This document shows positions 61,722-64,000 of a DNA stretch of 64,000 nt, one piece after another (positions within the stretch are counted from its first letter, which is position 1; every line of letters starts with the position of its first letter). The notes under the pieces were generated by a model that had not been told where the DNA came from, searched no databases, and saw nothing but the letters and a program-made list of their open reading frames with translations. The DNA is from Candidatus Omnitrophota bacterium (GTDB lineage Bacteria; Omnitrophota; Gorgyraeia; 2-02-FULL-51-18). The stretch covers positions 1,202 to 65,201 of the forward strand of contig JAHFFN010000002.1 in the NCBI GenBank assembly GCA_023247915.1. The letters run 5' to 3'. Position numbers and translations under genes: made by a program.

Positions 61722-62072
61722 ATGGAAAAAATCACGGTGTATCAAAAGCCGACTTGCACGACTTGCCGGCAGGTCTACGCGGCGCTCAAAGAAAGCGCTG
61801 TTGATTTTGACGCGGTGAATTATTACGTAGACCCGATTTCAAAGTCTAAATTGAAAGAACTCTTGAAAAAAATGAAGATTTCGGCCGAGGAGCTTTTGCG
61901 GAAAAAGGAAGATATCTATAAAACGCTAAAATTGGCCGACAAAAAATTATCCGACGACGAACTGATTGATTTGATGGCGAAGCATCCGGATCTGATTCAA
62001 CGCCCGATCGTTGAAAAGGGAAACAAGGCGATTTTGGCTCGCCCTGCCGAACGTCTTAAGGAGATTCTCTAA
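61722..62072 (+). CDS. ArsC/Spx/MgsR-family thioredoxin-fold protein
   Basis: 116 aa with ITVYQKPTCTTCRQ near the N-terminus and LIQRPIV near the C-terminus. RBS AAAGGAG is at ~61706. Confidence 0.8.
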   Translation: MEKITVYQKPTCTTCRQVYAALKESAVDFDAVNYYVDPISKSKLKELLKKMKISAEELLRKKEDIYKTLKLADKKLSDDELIDLMAKHPDLIQRPIVEKGNKAILARPAERLKEIL

Positions 62073-62082
62073 ACAGGCTTGC

Positions 62083-62571
62083 TTATTTTTTCTTCTTCGC
62101 CTTTTTAGCGGGCGCACTTTTCTTTTTTTTCGGGATCTGACGCGCGGCCATCGTGGCGGCGGCCGACAAAGCAGCGGCGCTGAGTTTGCTTGGAGGTTTG
62201 GGAGCGAGCGCCACCGGAGTCATGAGAGGCGCTTTGGCTTGGCTTTGGCCACCGGATTTGCGTCGGGCAAAACACTCTTTGCAGTAAACCGCGCGGTTTT
62301 CGGAAGGTTTAAAGGGAACTTCACAGACTTTATGGCAATCCGCGCAGATGGCTTCATACAAAACTCTGTCCCGGTGAGGGGGTTGTGTCGTTTCAGGCTT
62401 CTGAAAAGATTTGGGCGCTTCGCCGTTTCCGGAAGGTTTTCCGGCGGTTTGAGCGATGACAGTGCTCAGCTGTTTTTCTATTCCCACCAAACGATCCAGC
62501 AATTTGGCCATCAATCCCTCTAAATAGGGATCGACTTTCACCGCGGCTTTAGATTTTACACTCTTTTTCAT
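62083..62571 (-). CDS. CxxC-x17-CxxC zinc-ribbon-like protein with Lys-rich tail
   Basis: ATG at 62571 is preceded by AAGGAG (complement of 62577-62582). The motif is CADC-HKVCEVPFKPSENRAVY-CKEC (exactly 17 residues between the pairs). The C-terminus is KKKKSAPAKKAKKKK. The longer ORF-track start (62733) runs through the tRNA-fragment region and lacks an RBS. Confidence 0.75.
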   Translation of the reverse strand: MKKSVKSKAAVKVDPYLEGLMAKLLDRLVGIEKQLSTVIAQTAGKPSGNGEAPKSFQKPETTQPPHRDRVLYEAICADCHKVCEVPFKPSENRAVYCKECFARRKSGGQSQAKAPLMTPVALAPKPPSKLSAAALSAAATMAARQIPKKKKSAPAKKAKKKK

Positions 62572-62606
62572 AAAACTCCTTGGCGAGTAAAAATGGTGGC
62601 GTATTT

Positions 62607-62630
62607 TAATGGTGCCGAGGGGCAGAATCG
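62607..62630 (-). repeat. 24-bp exact duplicate of the tRNA-Phe 3' end (att-like direct repeat; partner at 62789-62812)
   Basis: TAATGGTGCCGAGGGGCAGAATCG occurs at 62607-62630 and again at 62789-62812. The second copy covers the T-loop to CCA of tRNA-Phe plus 3 flanking nt. Confidence 0.85.
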
Positions 62631-62791
62631 GCGCCCTCCACTGCGCAAGTCTAGTCGACTCCGTCGACAAGCTTGCTCCGTTCCGGGTCGGCCATTCGCC
62701 GCCTCGATGGTCGTCGATGCACTTTTTGTGCATCGACCTTTATTAAAGCTCGGCGGCTCTATTCGATTCTGCCGAAAGACCGACTAAATAA

Positions 62792-62866
62792 TGGTGCCGA
62801 GGGGCAGAATCGAACTGCCCACGCCTGCCTTTTCAGGGCAGCGCTCTACCACTGAGCTACCTCGGC
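62792..62866 (-). tRNA. tRNA-Phe (anticodon GAA), CCA encoded
   Basis: The reverse complement reads GCCGAGGTAGCTCAGTGGTAGAGCGCTGCCCTGAAAAGGCAGGCGTGGGCAGTTCGATTCTGCCCCTCGGCACCA. It has acceptor GCCGAGG/CCTCGGC, D arm GCTC/GAGC, anticodon stem CTGCC/GGCAG with loop CTGAAAA, and T arm GGCAG-TTCGATT-CTGCC. Confidence 0.95.
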
Positions 62867-62931
62867 ATCAATTAAGAACACGATAGTAGCAGAGCGCATT
62901 TAGAATGTAAATCTTCTAATTGGCTTAAGGA

Positions 62932-63999
62932 ATGCCCGGTGTTAAAATTGACCCCATCGGAAAAAGCTCCATGCTTAAAAAAATAACCTTCTTATTATGC
63001 TCTCTTCTGGTCAGCACCTTTCTTATTTCGGAGGTCTGCTTCCGTGTGTACTTTTCAAGGCATCCCGGCGTGCCCTTTCTCTCAAGCCCCAAGAGAATCA
63101 TCAATAGTTTCTATTATCCTGAACTAAAAACGGTCGACAACAGCACAGAAGAAGACTCTTTTCGCATTTTGATTCTTTCGGGATCCGCTTTTCATAAAAA
63201 TTTTGGAAAGGTGGAAACTTGTCTGTTGGACGGCTTGAATAAAAAAACACATAAAAAAATAAAAATATTTAATTTAGCGATGCCGGCTCAGACTTCCCGG
63301 GACAGTTTTTTTAAATATGAATACCTGAAAGACAAGCCTTTCGATTTGGTGATTTTTTATCATGGTCTCAACGAAGCCAGAGCCAATAATTGCCCCGACT
63401 CGATGTTCCGAGAAGATTATTCCCATTATTCTTGGTACCGGCTGGTCAATCGAAAGACTCGCTATGAAAATAACCGTTTTTTTGTCACGCCGTTCGTGTT
63501 GGATTATATTTTCCAGAACGCAAAAGACCGATTTTTGAAAACGCAGTACGTTCCAAAACATGCCCCGAAAGAAGAATGGATGGATTACGGAAATAAAATT
63601 AAAACGGCGGAGCCTTTCAAGGAAAATCTGACGAGCATTTTAGAAATAGCCAAAACCAAAAACGAAACCGTTCTTTTATTAACCTACGCTTATTATATTC
63701 CGGCAGATTATTCTCTCTCAAAATTCAAAGCAAAGGCTTTGGACTATCAAGCTCATGGGTATCCGATTGAAATATGGGGAAAGCCTGAAAATGCCGAGAA
63801 AGCCATCCAGGCGCACAATCAAGTGGTCAGGGAATTGGCGGTGCAGTATCCGTACGATCTCTTTTTAGACCAAGAGAAGCTCATGGCAAAAAACGGAAAA
63901 TACTACGATGATATTTGTCATTTCTCGCCCAAGGGATCTAAGAAATTTGCGGATAACATCACGGGCGCTATCTTATTTTTAATCAGAAATCTTAAATAG
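62932..63999 (+). CDS. membrane-anchored SGNH/GDSL-like hydrolase family protein
   Basis: The N-terminal anchor is ITFLLCSLLVSTFLISEV. SGNH-like blocks are ILILSGSAF (Ser), VIFYHGLNE (Gly/Asn) and DDICHFS (Asp-x-x-His). The alternative start is M14 (62971). Confidence 0.6.
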   Translation: MPGVKIDPIGKSSMLKKITFLLCSLLVSTFLISEVCFRVYFSRHPGVPFLSSPKRIINSFYYPELKTVDNSTEEDSFRILILSGSAFHKNFGKVETCLLDGLNKKTHKKIKIFNLAMPAQTSRDSFFKYEYLKDKPFDLVIFYHGLNEARANNCPDSMFREDYSHYSWYRLVNRKTRYENNRFFVTPFVLDYIFQNAKDRFLKTQYVPKHAPKEEWMDYGNKIKTAEPFKENLTSILEIAKTKNETVLLLTYAYYIPADYSLSKFKAKALDYQAHGYPIEIWGKPENAEKAIQAHNQVVRELAVQYPYDLFLDQEKLMAKNGKYYDDICHFSPKGSKKFADNITGAILFLIRNLK

Positions 64000-64000
64000 C

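Noticed and set aside
62011-62733. The 170-aa plus-strand ORF 62011-62523 and the 54-codon N-terminal extension of the minus-strand ORF (62572-62733).
   Set aside because: The plus-strand ORF is the Arg/Gly-rich antisense shadow of the Lys/Ala-rich CxxC gene. The extension crosses the tRNA-fragment repeat and hairpins and lacks an RBS, whereas ATG 62571 has AAGGAG at ideal spacing.

Overview
Bacterial chromosomal window with tightly packed operons and many overlapping stop/start codons. One uninterrupted 29.1-kb ORF dominates it (nt 24-29117, 9,697 codons), and its frame is still open at the left window edge. Read by eye, its product has an ordered, topologically self-consistent architecture. 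From N to C: a TonB/TolA-like S-x3-H signal anchor, Ala/Glu/Lys-rich TolA-domain-II-like helices, about six TolC/OEP-like repeats, and a ~1,700-aa beta-rich region with YD-like and tandem repeats. A second TM helix follows, then ~5,500 aa on the cytoplasmic/inner-membrane side. That half contains a polytopic module resembling eukaryote-type GT48 (FKS/callose synthase) beta-1,3-glucan synthases. It also contains a UGPase-like domain, a GDP-L-galactose-phosphorylase-like HIT domain and two fucokinase-N-type NDP-sugar pyrophosphorylase-like domains. These cytoplasmic modules are punctuated by eight copies of a short [G/A]-A-R-L-[A/S/T] peptide motif encoded by different codons. Directly downstream lie ExbB/TolQ, ExbD/TolR, a TPR protein, an S-x3-H-anchored VWA protein and a GT4 glycosyltransferase. 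My main hypothesis is a single-gene trans-envelope glycan synthesis/export machine, possibly energised by the adjacent motor; this is the candidate novel system. The other 35 kb is housekeeping: hemD-hemE fusion, hemH, GST, RNA methyltransferase, acyl-CoA dehydrogenase, DJ-1, PD-(D/E)XK nuclease, TusA, NrnA, ApgM, PHP histidinol phosphatase, Bcp, ferredoxin, a TonB-like protein, a CBS-korA-korB::CBS-thiC operon, ispH, system II cytochrome c biogenesis, apt and tRNA-Phe. Smaller oddities are a 24-bp duplication of the tRNA-Phe 3' end, a GC-rich four-helix intergenic element, and thiC with no room for a TPP riboswitch. No CRISPR array, rRNA, transposase or integrase was seen. All domain calls come from reading motifs against remembered family signatures; no database search, alignment statistic or folding calculation was run. 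The gene content would be compatible with an anaerobic candidate-phylum bacterium (Omnitrophota are known for giant ORFs), but the taxon cannot be established here.
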